From a virus (taxonomy: Duplodnaviria > Caudoviricetes): a stretch of 55,784 nt of DNA. The DNA lies in IMG/VR virus record IMGVR_UViG_3300049982_000336, positions 1-55,784 of that record, one strand, 5' to 3'. A model generated the notes under the pieces. The model had not been told where the DNA came from. It searched no databases and was given only the letters and a program-made list of their open reading frames with translations. Within the stretch, counting starts at the first letter, position 1. Each line of letters starts with the position of its first letter. A program made the translations under genes and the position numbers. Of the stretch, positions 26,487-36,436 are shown in pieces.

Positions 26487-26597
26487 TTCGGCCCCTTTCT
26501 TCCGGAATCGAATTTCCTGTCTAAATTCTCCCGGAAACGATTTCCCGGATTGTAATTGCAGGCATCAGTGCAGGTCAGCCGATCGATGGGAGATCTG

Positions 26598-28211
26598 ATG
26601 GCGCTCCCTGAAGGCGGAAATACCGCGTGGCCGCCCCCTTCGTGCCACCGACCCAATGACCTCTACCGTCAAGCCGGCGTCTGGTACTCCGGCGACCCCG
26701 ACCAGCTCGCCAACCTCTACAGCATCGGCGGCCCCGCCGCTCTCGACCCCAAACACCTGGTCCGCCCCTCCCAGCACGCCGGCGGCGTCGTCGGCCGCCT
26801 CGCCCGCTTCTTCTGGGGCAACCCGCCGCCCCTCGGCCAGCTGCGCGACCACCGCCTCCACGTCCCCATCGCCGGCGACATCGCCGCCACGTCCGCAGAC
26901 CTCGTGTTCGCCGAGGCGCCCACGTTCCGCATCGAGCACGAGACCACCCAGGCCCGGCTTGAGCAGATCTTCGAAGACGCCGGCGTCGAAGCCACGCTCA
27001 TCGAAGGCGGCGAGCTCAACGCCGCATACGGCGACGTCTACCTCCGCGTCTCCTGGGACAAAGACCTGGCCGACCACCCCCTGTTCGACGTCATCCCCGG
27101 TGACACCGCCGTCCCAGAGTGGGGGCGCGGCAGCATCCTCACCGCGGTCACCTTCTGGAAGATCCTCGAAGAGGACAAGGGCGAGGTGTGGCGGCACCTC
27201 GAACGCCACGAGAAAGGCCGCGTCTACCAGGGGTTGTACAAGGGCACCGACATCAAGCTCGGCATGCAGATGCCCCTCGAAGACCATCCGGCAACCGCAC
27301 CGTTCGCCGACCTGGTCGACGCCGACGGGGCGTACGTGACGGGGTACAAGGGGCTCACCGCGCGGCACGTCCCCAACATGCGACCGCACCGGCTGATCCG
27401 CGGCACACCCCTCGGCCGGTCCGACTACTCACCAGCCGGCATGCGGCTCATGGACTCCCTCGACGAAACGTACTCGTCGTGGATGCGGGACATCCGTATC
27501 GGCAAAGGCCGCCTCGTCGTCCCCAAGTCGTACCTCCAGTCCGGCGGCCGCGGCCAAGGCGCATTCTTCGACCTGGACCAAGAGGTGTACGAGCCGGTCA
27601 ACGCGATGGAACGGGACGGCCTGGACCTGTCGGCCCACCAGTTCGCGATCCGCGTTGTCGAGCACCGAGACACCGCGGCCGAGCTGCTCACCCAGATCGT
27701 CCGCTCGGCCGGCTACAGCGCGCAGACGTTCGGCGAGCACGGCGAAGGCGCGGCGCCCACCGCGACGGAGATCCGGGCACGGCAGGCCCGTTCGTACACC
27801 ACGCGGGGACGCAAGATCTCCTACTGGTTGCCCGCAATGCCATGGCTGGCCGAGGTGTTCCTGGCCGTCGACGTCGCCGTGTTCAAAACCAAGGGCGTGG
27901 TGGCGCAGCCGGCCGACGTCGAATGGCCGGATGGCGTGGACACCGATCCCAAGACCATGGCCGAAACTCTGAACCTGCTCAACCAGGCCATCGCAACCTC
28001 GGTGGAAACCCGTGTTCGGATGCTGCATCAGGACTGGGATGAGACGGCCATCGCCGAGGAGGTGGAGCGGGTCAAGAAGGAGGGCGGCATCGGGGAGCCG
28101 ATCCCCGACCCACTCGCGGTCCGCCCGCCCGACCTCGCCCCGGACATTTCACAGGACGGGCCCGGAGGCTTCCCGCCGGCCGACGAGCCCCCGGCCGCAG
28201 GGCAAGCGTGA
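26598..28211 (+). CDS. Portal protein (SPP1/A118-like)
   Basis: LHVPIAGDIAATSADLVF, LGRSDY, LDETYSSWMRDIRIGK, GYSAQTFG, TATE. Confidence 0.92.
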   Translation: MALPEGGNTAWPPPSCHRPNDLYRQAGVWYSGDPDQLANLYSIGGPAALDPKHLVRPSQHAGGVVGRLARFFWGNPPPLGQLRDHRLHVPIAGDIAATSADLVFAEAPTFRIEHETTQARLEQIFEDAGVEATLIEGGELNAAYGDVYLRVSWDKDLADHPLFDVIPGDTAVPEWGRGSILTAVTFWKILEEDKGEVWRHLERHEKGRVYQGLYKGTDIKLGMQMPLEDHPATAPFADLVDADGAYVTGYKGLTARHVPNMRPHRLIRGTPLGRSDYSPAGMRLMDSLDETYSSWMRDIRIGKGRLVVPKSYLQSGGRGQGAFFDLDQEVYEPVNAMERDGLDLSAHQFAIRVVEHRDTAAELLTQIVRSAGYSAQTFGEHGEGAAPTATEIRARQARSYTTRGRKISYWLPAMPWLAEVFLAVDVAVFKTKGVVAQPADVEWPDGVDTDPKTMAETLNLLNQAIATSVETRVRMLHQDWDETAIAEEVERVKKEGGIGEPIPDPLAVRPPDLAPDISQDGPGGFPPADEPPAAGQA

Positions 28212-28417
28212 CTCAGCCGCGAGTGGAGCGCAGCGAGGATCACCCTCTCTTCATCCACGTCTGCAATGGCAAGGAGGTCCGGCGCTGGCTCCCGCTCGGC
28301 CAAGAATGGTGGCAGTGGACCGAGGACGGTGGGCTTACTCCGTCTGTCCACTGCACCAGGTGCGGAACACACGGATTTTGGGTCGGTGGTGATCCTCCAC
28401 GTTGGCAGTCTTGCTGA
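28208..28417 (+). CDS. Small Cys/His protein (DUF6527-like)
   Basis: WQW...GLTPSVHCTRCGTHGFW; GTGA overlap with the portal stop. Confidence 0.6.
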   Translation: MTQPRVERSEDHPLFIHVCNGKEVRRWLPLGQEWWQWTEDGGLTPSVHCTRCGTHGFWVGGDPPRWQSC

Positions 28418-28460
28418 TCAACAATCAACTTAGCGTTGATCGTTCGGGGAGGTCCTCCCC

Positions 28461-30566
28461 GTGGCCGTCGACCAGCTGCTCCTCGACGACATCGCCGCCA
28501 CCGTCGCCCAGCTCTACCGCGAAGCCGAAAGCGCCCTCACCCGGCAAATCGCCGACCGCCTCGCCAACGGCATGGACCACCCCTACGCCGAGACGAAGCT
28601 CGACGCGATCCGAAAGCTACAGCGAGCGGCCCGCACCATCCTGGCTACACTCAACAACCGCGTCGGCCCCGTCGTCCGGCAGTCCATCGCCGACGCCTAC
28701 CGCAACGGCTGGGGCTCCGCAGTCGAGGACCTCCCCAAGGAGTGGTTCGCCAAGTCGGGCATCGGCCAGGACGCCGCCCGCGCCCGCCAAGAGGTCCCGA
28801 ACACGGCGGCCATCGAGTCGATCGCCACGGCCGTCGTCCAGGACATCGGCGAGAAGTCCCGCAACGTGCTGCGTGACGTCGTGGACGCGTTCAGGTCCGT
28901 GCAGACCGCGGCGGCGGCACGCGTGCTCACCGGCATACAGACCCGCCGGCAGACCTCGCAGGCCGCGTGGCAGCGCCTGGTCGACCAGGGCATCACCGGG
29001 TTCACCGACAGCGCCGGCCGCCGCTGGAAGCTCTCCAGCTACGTGGAGATGGTGGCACGGACCAACGCCCAGCGAGCCGCGGTGCAGGCCCAGACGGACC
29101 GGCTCGGCTCCCTCGGCGTGCCCCTGGTGTACATCTCCAACGCACCCCAGGAGTGCCGGCTGTGCCGCCCCTACGAGGGCAAGATCCTCAGCTTGGACGG
29201 GCGCGCGGGCAAGCGCACCGTCGCCCACCAGCTCACCGACAAGCCGGTCACCGTCGTCGTGAAGGCCACCCTTCCCGAGGCGATGGCCGCCGGCCTGTTC
29301 CACCCGAACTGCCGTCACTCCGCGTCCGCCTACCTGCCCGGCCTCACCAAGCTCCCCGAGGGCCCCACCGAGGACCCCGAGGGAGACAAGGCCCGGCAGC
29401 GTCAGCGCGCGCTCGAGCGGGAGATCCGCAAGCACAAGGAGCGGTCCGCGGCCGCCCTCACCCCCGAGGGGAAGCAGGCCGCGGACGCCCGGGTCCGCGA
29501 CTGGCAGAAGGAACTGCGCAACCACCTGGCCGCACATCCCGACCTCAAGCGGCTGTCGTACCGGGAGCGCATCGGAGCCGGCAACATCCCCGGCAAGGGC
29601 GGCCCGAACGGCGGGGCCGCGGGGGGCATCGGCCCGGACCAGCAGCCCACCCTCGACGGCGGACCGGGATCCAAGCAGCCGACCGCGAAGCCTCACCAGG
29701 CGGGCCCCGACAACGGGCCAGTCAAGGGCCAGCAGGACCTGCTCAACCAGAAGCCCGCCAAGCCGAAGTCCAAGCCCAAGGCACCGAAAGCCCCGCCGAA
29801 GCCTGAGCCGCAGGGTGACGCCAAGCGGTACCATCGCGACCTCGACGGCATCGAGGACCTCGCCCATGATGTTGAGAACGGATTCCCGCCCAAGGACCGC
29901 CGGCCGCTCGGCGGGGGCGCGGTCGCCGACGTCGAGCTGATCACCTTGAAGGACGGCAAGAAGGTCATCCGCAAGAAGGCGCGGCCGGGCTCCGGCGGCA
30001 TCCAGGAGGCGGACGGCGAGCACGCCGCGTCCTTGATCGCCCGCAAGCTCGGCCTCGACGCACCACGCGTCTACCGTAATGACCGCGAATCGATCTACAT
30101 GGATTACGTCGAACACGCGCAGACGGCGGACGAGCTCATCGGACACGGTGGCAAACGCCCGAAGCGGGTCGCCGATGCGGCCGGCACCGACGACGGCAAG
30201 AAGATTGGCCTCCTAGACCTGCTGACCCACAACTTCGACCGCAACAGCGGCAACTGGATGCTCCGGGACGGCCACGACGGCCACGTCATTCCGATCGACC
30301 ACGGTGTCGCCTACACCGAGATGCCCGATGGCGACGTGGTCGACCTGGACAACGTGGTCAGCGACTTCGCCGACCTCTACACCCAGCACGATTCCAACCC
30401 GCTGACGCGCGAAGACGTGAAGGAGATCCGCCAGCGCCTGGAGAACCTACGCCCGGACTTCGAACGTCTCGGGCACGGCGACTGGCTGGACTACTCGTTG
30501 CGCGTCCTGGACGCCCTCGCGCCCAAAGCGAAGGGCACCCGGAACCTGGTCGCCGGGGTACGGTGA
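28461..30566 (+). CDS. MuF/minor capsid protein with a C-terminal kinase-like domain
   Basis: GITGFTDSAGRRWKLSSYVEM, ECRLCRPYEGKIL, GLFHPNCRH, QRALEREIR, then LGGG...K...E...DLLTHNFDRNSGN...IPIDHG. Confidence 0.88.
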   Translation: MAVDQLLLDDIAATVAQLYREAESALTRQIADRLANGMDHPYAETKLDAIRKLQRAARTILATLNNRVGPVVRQSIADAYRNGWGSAVEDLPKEWFAKSGIGQDAARARQEVPNTAAIESIATAVVQDIGEKSRNVLRDVVDAFRSVQTAAAARVLTGIQTRRQTSQAAWQRLVDQGITGFTDSAGRRWKLSSYVEMVARTNAQRAAVQAQTDRLGSLGVPLVYISNAPQECRLCRPYEGKILSLDGRAGKRTVAHQLTDKPVTVVVKATLPEAMAAGLFHPNCRHSASAYLPGLTKLPEGPTEDPEGDKARQRQRALEREIRKHKERSAAALTPEGKQAADARVRDWQKELRNHLAAHPDLKRLSYRERIGAGNIPGKGGPNGGAAGGIGPDQQPTLDGGPGSKQPTAKPHQAGPDNGPVKGQQDLLNQKPAKPKSKPKAPKAPPKPEPQGDAKRYHRDLDGIEDLAHDVENGFPPKDRRPLGGGAVADVELITLKDGKKVIRKKARPGSGGIQEADGEHAASLIARKLGLDAPRVYRNDRESIYMDYVEHAQTADELIGHGGKRPKRVADAAGTDDGKKIGLLDLLTHNFDRNSGNWMLRDGHDGHVIPIDHGVAYTEMPDGDVVDLDNVVSDFADLYTQHDSNPLTREDVKEIRQRLENLRPDFERLGHGDWLDYSLRVLDALAPKAKGTRNLVAGVR

Positions 30567-30793
30567 CCGGCATGGTCGTACTCCGCATCGTGTCCGTGCG
30601 CACCAACGACGAGGTGTCGCGCGCCGAGCTCGCTGACGACGGCACGGTCACCTACACCGGCGGAGACTCGGCCGCCTCGGCGGTCAGGCGATGGCAGCGG
30701 ACACACCGGGATGCCACCGAGGCTGACGCCGTGCGCGCGCTGGCCCGCGAGGGCTGGTCCAACGGCTATCTGATGGTCGCTCTGAACCAATAG
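30563..30793 (+). CDS. Small protein, candidate immunity partner
   Basis: GTGA-coupled to the kinase-bearing gene and followed by a terminator. Ends GWSNGYL. Confidence 0.65.
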   Translation: MTGMVVLRIVSVRTNDEVSRAELADDGTVTYTGGDSAASAVRRWQRTHRDATEADAVRALAREGWSNGYLMVALNQ

Positions 30794-30820
30794 CCGCGCT
30801 ATCCATCTGATCGACGTAAC

Positions 30821-30859
30821 AGCCTGCCCCGAGCCTCGACGGCTCTGAGCAGGCTTTTT
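30821..30859 (+). terminator. Intrinsic terminator
   Basis: AGCCTGC...GCAGGCT stem followed by a T-run. Confidence 0.75.
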
Positions 30860-30916
30860 CGTGTCACCAGGCCCCGCCAGGAGCGGGGCACCCCCCAGAT
30901 GCCCCAGGAGGGCACC

Positions 30917-31717
30917 ATGCAGCACCTGCACGACTTGCCGACGGCGCCGGGCGCGCTCCTCGGCTACTGGAAGGACGGTCGCCCGTTCTACGTCATGGCC
31001 GGCGGGTCCGGCGAAGGTGACGGAGGCGGCGCCGATGGGGGTACCGGCGGGACCGGAACTACCGACGAAGGCACGGACACAGGCACTGGTACCGGCACCA
31101 TCGATACCGGCGGACAGGGTTCCGGCGACGACGGCAAGACCGGTGACAAGCCGGATAAGCCCGCAGACGCAGGCGGCGACCAGGCGGCCACCATTTCCCG
31201 GCTGGAGAAGGAGCTCAAGGACGCCCGCAAGGACGCCGGAAAGGAACGGGTCACCGCCAAGGAGACCGCGGCGGCTGAAGCCCGAGCCGCCATGGTCCAG
31301 GAGCTCGGCAAGGCCCTCGGCCTGATCAAGGACGACAAGGACGCGCCGCCCGACCCGGCGAAGCTGACCGCGGAGATCGAGCGGGCCCAGTCGGCCCACA
31401 GGGAGACCGCGATCGAGCTGGCCGTGTACAAGGGCGCGGACAAGCACGGCGCCAGCGCGAGCAAGCTGGCCGACTCGCGATCGTTCATGACCGCCCTGGC
31501 CAAGCTCGACCCCGCTGCAGACGACTTCAACACCAAGGTCGGCAAGGCCATCGAGAAGGCCGTGACCGACAACCCCGAGCTGAAGACGACCACCGCCGCA
31601 GCGCCCCCGCCCCGTTCTGGTGGCGAGTTCGCCGGCGGGACCGGGGACAAGGCCCCCACAGACGACATCGAGAGCCTCCGTAAGGACCGCCGTGAGCGGC
31701 GCGGAGTCGGATCCTAG
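30917..31717 (+). CDS. Head scaffolding protein
   Basis: Gly/Thr/Asp-rich N-region plus coiled coil directly before the MCP. AGGAGG RBS. Confidence 0.85.
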   Translation: MQHLHDLPTAPGALLGYWKDGRPFYVMAGGSGEGDGGGADGGTGGTGTTDEGTDTGTGTGTIDTGGQGSGDDGKTGDKPDKPADAGGDQAATISRLEKELKDARKDAGKERVTAKETAAAEARAAMVQELGKALGLIKDDKDAPPDPAKLTAEIERAQSAHRETAIELAVYKGADKHGASASKLADSRSFMTALAKLDPAADDFNTKVGKAIEKAVTDNPELKTTTAAAPPPRSGGEFAGGTGDKAPTDDIESLRKDRRERRGVGS

Positions 31718-31729
31718 GAGTAACAGCCC

Positions 31730-32680
31730 ATGACCAACGTCATTCTCACGCCGCAGGTCATCGCCGCGCAGGCCTTGGCCAACCTGTACGAGACCTGCAC
31801 CATGGCGAATCTCGTGCACAGGGACTACGAGCCGGAGTTCGGCAAGAAGGTCGGCAACGCGATCACCATCCGCAAGCCCGCCATTTTCACGGCCAACGAG
31901 TACAACCGCACCAGCGGCATCACGGTGCAGGACGTGAACGAGACCAGCGTCAACATGTCGCTGAACCACATGGCGGACGTGAGCTTTGCGGTGACCGCGG
32001 AAGAGTTGACGTTGAAGATTCAGAACTTCGACGAGCAGCTGCTCACGCCTGCGATGGAAGCGATCTCGCAGAAGATCGACAAGGACCTGATGCTTCTGCG
32101 TGACGACGTCACCCAGGAAGTTGGCAACACCGCCGCCAACGTCGGCGGCGAGGACTACAACGGCTACGCCGGCAGCTACCCGTACACCGACTCGCGGGTC
32201 CTCATCCAGGCCGGCGCCGTGCTCGACCGCAAGAACGTCCCCATGTCGGAACGGCGCGTCGTGGTCGGCCCGACCACGAAGGCCTCATGGATCGCGGAGA
32301 AGACCTGGCGGCAGGCCGAGCACCGCGGCTCCACCGAGGGCCTCCTGGAGGCGTCCCTCGGCTCGCGGGTGTCCGGGTTCGACCCGTACATGACCCAGCA
32401 CGTCGAGCAGCCCGCACAGTCCCCGGCTTCCGGGCAGCCCACCTCCGAGGTCAGCCTCGCCTTCCACCGGACGGCGTTCGCCCTGGCGTTCCGCCCGTTG
32501 GAGCTGCCGAGGGGCAACCCCAACGCTGCGATCGCCGACTACAAGGGGTTCGCGCTCCGGGTGATCTACGGCTACGACATGGACAAGAAGCAGGACATCA
32601 TCTCGATCGACTGCCTGTACGGCACGAAGACCTTGGACGCCGACCGCGCCGTCCTCATCAAGGCCGCCGACCAGCCCTGA
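31730..32680 (+). CDS. Major capsid protein (P22 coat-like family)
   Basis: LVHRDYEPEF...VGNAITIRKP, AFHRTAFALAFRPL, IDCLYG. Confidence 0.92.
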   Translation: MTNVILTPQVIAAQALANLYETCTMANLVHRDYEPEFGKKVGNAITIRKPAIFTANEYNRTSGITVQDVNETSVNMSLNHMADVSFAVTAEELTLKIQNFDEQLLTPAMEAISQKIDKDLMLLRDDVTQEVGNTAANVGGEDYNGYAGSYPYTDSRVLIQAGAVLDRKNVPMSERRVVVGPTTKASWIAEKTWRQAEHRGSTEGLLEASLGSRVSGFDPYMTQHVEQPAQSPASGQPTSEVSLAFHRTAFALAFRPLELPRGNPNAAIADYKGFALRVIYGYDMDKKQDIISIDCLYGTKTLDADRAVLIKAADQP

Positions 32681-32757
32681 CCCGTCAGGGTCCGTCTTCT
32701 ACGCCCCGTCATCTCGGCGGAGGCTTTCGTATTTCCACCCTCAGAAAGGGATCCCTG

Positions 32758-33147
32758 ATGGGCAGCGGTTACAAGGTCCACAGTGTGGACGGCAAGGCGG
32801 GCGAGGTCAGCCTGGCGCACGTCCGCACTTTCTCCAAGGAATACCGGGTCGCGGCTGGCACGGCCGGCACCTACATGGTGACCAAGGTCCCGGCCGCGTG
32901 CACCGCCATTGCCGTTCGCACTTACCGGACCGGCGGGACGGGCGGCACGGTGAACGCCAAGAAGAACAGCAGCGACCTGCTCGCCAGCGTCCTGACCACG
33001 ACCACGGACTCGTGGGCGGCGAGCACTACCCTGCAGAACGCGTCGTTCGCGGCGGGCGACACCCTGTCCGTGGTCACGGCCTCCCCGGCCGGAACGCCGA
33101 CGGACGTCATCGTCCAGGTCGACTTCCGTATCGACGTCCCGGCGTAG
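32758..33147 (+). CDS. Putative capsid decoration/fibre protein
   Basis: VHSVDGKAGEVSL fibre-type motif plus a beta-rich domain. GAAAGGG RBS. Confidence 0.6.
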   Translation: MGSGYKVHSVDGKAGEVSLAHVRTFSKEYRVAAGTAGTYMVTKVPAACTAIAVRTYRTGGTGGTVNAKKNSSDLLASVLTTTTDSWAASTTLQNASFAAGDTLSVVTASPAGTPTDVIVQVDFRIDVPA

Positions 33148-33154
33148 GCCTGGC

Positions 33155-33508
33155 ATGAGTTACGTCTACAAGAACGCGAACACGGGCGATGTGGTCTCCC
33201 GGGACGAGCGGTCGCCGCGTTTCGACGCGCTGGCCAACTGGTCGCTCATCTCCCAGCCTGCCGAGCCCGAGCCGGAGGTCCACTCCGAGCCCGCGACGAC
33301 GGACGACCAGGGCTCTGGGGAGCTATTCGACCCGGCCGTCCACGACGTTCCCCAGGTCCTGGCTCACCTCGAAGCAGCCGGCCATGACGAGGCGTTGCGA
33401 GTGCTCGACGCCGAGGCTGGTTCCGAGGGCAAGCAGCGCAAGGGCATTCTGAACAACCGCGAGGACATCCTCGCCCGCGCGGAGCAGACAGACGAGGAGG
33501 GCCAGTAG
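33155..33508 (+). CDS. Hypothetical head-associated protein
   Basis: FDPAVHDVPQVLAHL...E...GKQRKGIL pattern, position after the MCP. Confidence 0.7.
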   Translation: MSYVYKNANTGDVVSRDERSPRFDALANWSLISQPAEPEPEVHSEPATTDDQGSGELFDPAVHDVPQVLAHLEAAGHDEALRVLDAEAGSEGKQRKGILNNREDILARAEQTDEEGQ

Positions 33509-33856
33509 ATGGCACGAGCAGCGCTCACCCCTGTCGCCTCATCTGAGGACGGCATCGATCTTGCCGCGGTCGACGTCGCCGCCGAGACCACCGACGGCAA
33601 CAGCTTCCAGTGGACGCGGGACCGCCGCGTGTGGATCCTCAACGGCGACGACGCCTCGATCACCGTCACGTTCCCCACCCCCGCCACCGTCGGCCGGGGA
33701 GCGCGGGCGGTCGCCGACGGCGGCGGGACCATCGCGGCCGCCGGGCACAAGCTGTTCGGCCCGTTCGGCCCCGAGTTCCGCCAGGCCGACGGGTCGGTGT
33801 GGATCAACTACGCGGGCACCACTCCGGTCGCGGTCACTGTGGCGGTGCTCGACTGA
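33509..33856 (+). CDS. Hypothetical virion protein
   Basis: Beta-rich 115 aa ORF, GAGGAGG RBS. Confidence 0.7.
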   Translation: MARAALTPVASSEDGIDLAAVDVAAETTDGNSFQWTRDRRVWILNGDDASITVTFPTPATVGRGARAVADGGGTIAAAGHKLFGPFGPEFRQADGSVWINYAGTTPVAVTVAVLD

Positions 33857-33996
33857 TGCCGATCTACGAGCGCGTCGATGACGGCGAAGTGGTGGAGCGC
33901 GTGAACGTGGTCGACGGCACTTTCGAGGACACCCGGATCGGCCTGGCCGTCCTCGAGGAGCGGGACGGCTGGCGCAAGGCCGACGTCTCGGAGTAG
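33856..33996 (+). CDS. Small acidic protein (46 aa)
   Basis: TGATG overlap; MPIYERVDDGEVVERV... Confidence 0.55.
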   Translation: MPIYERVDDGEVVERVNVVDGTFEDTRIGLAVLEERDGWRKADVSE

Positions 33997-34083
33997 ACGC
34001 GCGTGCGGCCGGGCGGTGGGCGCAAGGGGATGTCTGGGGAGCTGCCCGCCCGCACGCGTCACATCTGAACCGAGGGGGCAGCA

Positions 34084-35466
34084 ATGGCCTGGACCCTCAT
34101 CGACTCCGACGCCGCCGGGTTCCAGGCCGATGCCGGCGGTGGCCACGTCTACACCTTCCCCCGGGTGGGAGCTCCGACTCCTGGTGACCTGGACGTCGTC
34201 TTCGTCAACAGCAACACCGTCATGGACACCACCCCCTCCGGGTGGACTCTGGCGCTCAACCCTGTCATCAACCAGGGCACCTACGCCCTGTGGCGCACCG
34301 CGGCCGGCGGCGAGAGCGACAACGTCGTCATCGACATGGGCGGCAACTTCAACACCATCGTCAGCTGGTCGCGCTGGTCTGGCGCCCAGGGCCTGGACGT
34401 CGCGATTGAAGCCCACGCAGACGGCTCACCAGCGTCGGTCACCCCGAGCGTTTCCACTGGCACCCTGGCCGGGACCGGCGAGCTCGTCATCGCGGCCGCC
34501 CTCCTCCAGGGGTCGTTCCCCACCGTCACCCCGTCGTGGAGCTCCGGCTACACGCCCCTGACCGGCACGCAGTTCAACGGCGGCCCTGCCGACGAGGTCT
34601 CCGCCTACGTCGCCTACCGCACCGACGGCGGCACCGCGGCGGAGACACCCCAAGCGGACTGGACGTCCGCCCCGACCGCGCCGATCTCCGATCGGTACAT
34701 CCACGTCCTGGTCTTCACCCCCACGTCTGCCACCACGGACGCGACCGCGACCCCCGCCAGCGTCGACGCCACGGCCGCCGTCCCCTCGGTGACCGTCTCC
34801 ACGGGCGCCACCCCAACGCCGGCACCCCTCGCGGCCGCCGCAGCGGTTCCGGCGCCTGCCGTGTCCGTGCAGTCCCAGGCCACCGTGACACCGGCTGCGG
34901 TCGTCGCCGTCGCCGCGGTCCCCGGCCCGGACGTTTCGACCGGCGCGACGGCGACACCCGGCCCGGTCGCAGCTGCCACCACGTTCTCAACACCAGCGGT
35001 ATCCGCAGGAGCGACAGCCACGCCGGCCGCCGTCACGGCCATCACCGACCTGCCTCTGCTTTCGGTGATCGCCCAGGTGGCCAACACGGTCACCCCGTCA
35101 ACCATTGCCGCCACCGCCGACGTACCGCTCCCCGCAGTGGCCACCCAGACCGACGCCACCGCCGCCCCGTCGACCATCGTCGCGACCTCGGTTGTTTCTG
35201 CGCCTTCGGTGGTCGCAGAGTCGAACGCCACTGCCGCACCTGGCCCGGTGGCCGCGGTGGCTGCCCTGTTGTCCCCGCTGGTCTCGGTGGGCGTCACGGT
35301 GACACGCAGCACGGTCGCTGCCGTTGCGACCGTCCCGACGCCGCGTGCCGGCGAGGTGTTCCCTTTCGGCGGCTGGGGCGTGCTCACCGCGGGCGTCGCC
35401 GCGAAGTCGACGCTCACAGCGGGTGTCGCCGCCACCTCGACGTTGCTCGCGACCGTCAGCCCGTAG
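34084..35466 (+). CDS. Putative virion fibre: N-terminal beta domain plus A/T/V/P repeats
   Basis: About ten ~22-24 aa repeats (ATATPxxVAAxAAVPxPxVS). Confidence 0.75.
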   Translation: MAWTLIDSDAAGFQADAGGGHVYTFPRVGAPTPGDLDVVFVNSNTVMDTTPSGWTLALNPVINQGTYALWRTAAGGESDNVVIDMGGNFNTIVSWSRWSGAQGLDVAIEAHADGSPASVTPSVSTGTLAGTGELVIAAALLQGSFPTVTPSWSSGYTPLTGTQFNGGPADEVSAYVAYRTDGGTAAETPQADWTSAPTAPISDRYIHVLVFTPTSATTDATATPASVDATAAVPSVTVSTGATPTPAPLAAAAAVPAPAVSVQSQATVTPAAVVAVAAVPGPDVSTGATATPGPVAAATTFSTPAVSAGATATPAAVTAITDLPLLSVIAQVANTVTPSTIAATADVPLPAVATQTDATAAPSTIVATSVVSAPSVVAESNATAAPGPVAAVAALLSPLVSVGVTVTRSTVAAVATVPTPRAGEVFPFGGWGVLTAGVAAKSTLTAGVAATSTLLATVSP

Positions 35467-35474
35467 GAGGAAGC

Positions 35475-36125
35475 GTGCCTAACGCCGGCGACACCCAGAC
35501 CGCGACCCTCACAGTCGCACCGTTCGACGGATCCACCGTCGCCGTCCTGACGGTCCGCTCACCGGCCGGCACCATCTCGACGCCGACTGCGTCGAGCGTC
35601 GACGGCGGGGCCACGTGGACGGCTGACGTGCCGTACCCGGTCGCCGGGGTGTTCACGCTCACCTGGAACGTCACCGGCACGGGCGCGGCCGTGGAGCAAT
35701 ACCGGGTGCCCGTCGCCCCGCTGCTCCCCGGAGCCGGCCGGGCGTACGCCAACAGCACCAACCTAGCCGACTTCCTCCAGGCCGCCCCGCCCCTGGACTC
35801 CGACAAGCAGCTGCGCGACGCCACGCTCGAACTCGACTTCGCGCTGAAGGGCGCCCTCTACGACGTCGACGACGACGGCGAGCCGACCGACCCCATGGTC
35901 ATCGAAGCGTTCCGTGATGCGTGCTGCGCCGTCGTTGAGTGGTGGGAGGAGACCGGTGACCCGCTCGGCGCCGCGGCGTCGTACGACTCGGTCAGCATCG
36001 GCTCGGCGGCCCTGTCCCGTAAGCAGGCATTCGGTGCGCCGGCCGCCGAGGTCCTCGGTAGCCGTGCCATTCAGATTTTGCAGGGATGCCCGAACCTGCT
36101 GCTCGGGGCGGTGACCGTGCTGTGA
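35475..36125 (+). CDS. Head-tail adaptor with an N-terminal Ig-like extension
   Basis: AGGAGG RBS; AYA...L...ACCAVVEWW...SVSIGSA in the C-half. Confidence 0.75.
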   Translation: MPNAGDTQTATLTVAPFDGSTVAVLTVRSPAGTISTPTASSVDGGATWTADVPYPVAGVFTLTWNVTGTGAAVEQYRVPVAPLLPGAGRAYANSTNLADFLQAAPPLDSDKQLRDATLELDFALKGALYDVDDDGEPTDPMVIEAFRDACCAVVEWWEETGDPLGAAASYDSVSIGSAALSRKQAFGAPAAEVLGSRAIQILQGCPNLLLGAVTVL

Positions 36126-36436
36126 AACTCCCCGGCTTCCTCCTGCGGCACAAGGTCATCGTCGAACCGTTTGCCGGGACCGGCCCGTTCGGCGACACCT
36201 ACGGGCCACCCGTGGAGGTCCGCTGCTTCCTGGAGGAGGCTCGCCGCAAGATCCGCGGCAAGGACGGAAGTGAGATCGTCTCGGAGGCCACGTTCTACGC
36301 ACGGCCTGGCATCGATTGCCCGGAAGGGTCGAAGGTCACCCTGCCCTCCGGGCGCGTCAGCACAGCCCTGAAGGTCTCCGACCGCGACGGCGGCGGCCTG
36401 CCTACCCCTGATCACGTGGAGGTGGCTCTGACGTGA
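36122..36436 (+). CDS. Head closure (stopper) protein
   Basis: Synteny; CPEGSKVTLP...DGGGLPTPDHVEV. Confidence 0.75.
   Translation: MKLPGFLLRHKVIVEPFAGTGPFGDTYGPPVEVRCFLEEARRKIRGKDGSEIVSEATFYARPGIDCPEGSKVTLPSGRVSTALKVSDRDGGGLPTPDHVEVALT

Noticed and set aside
7356-30146. Long antisense/alternate-frame ORFs (e.g. 7356-8591, 17457-19175, 28617-30146)
   Set aside because: Shadow ORFs expected from high GC3 opposite well-supported genes.
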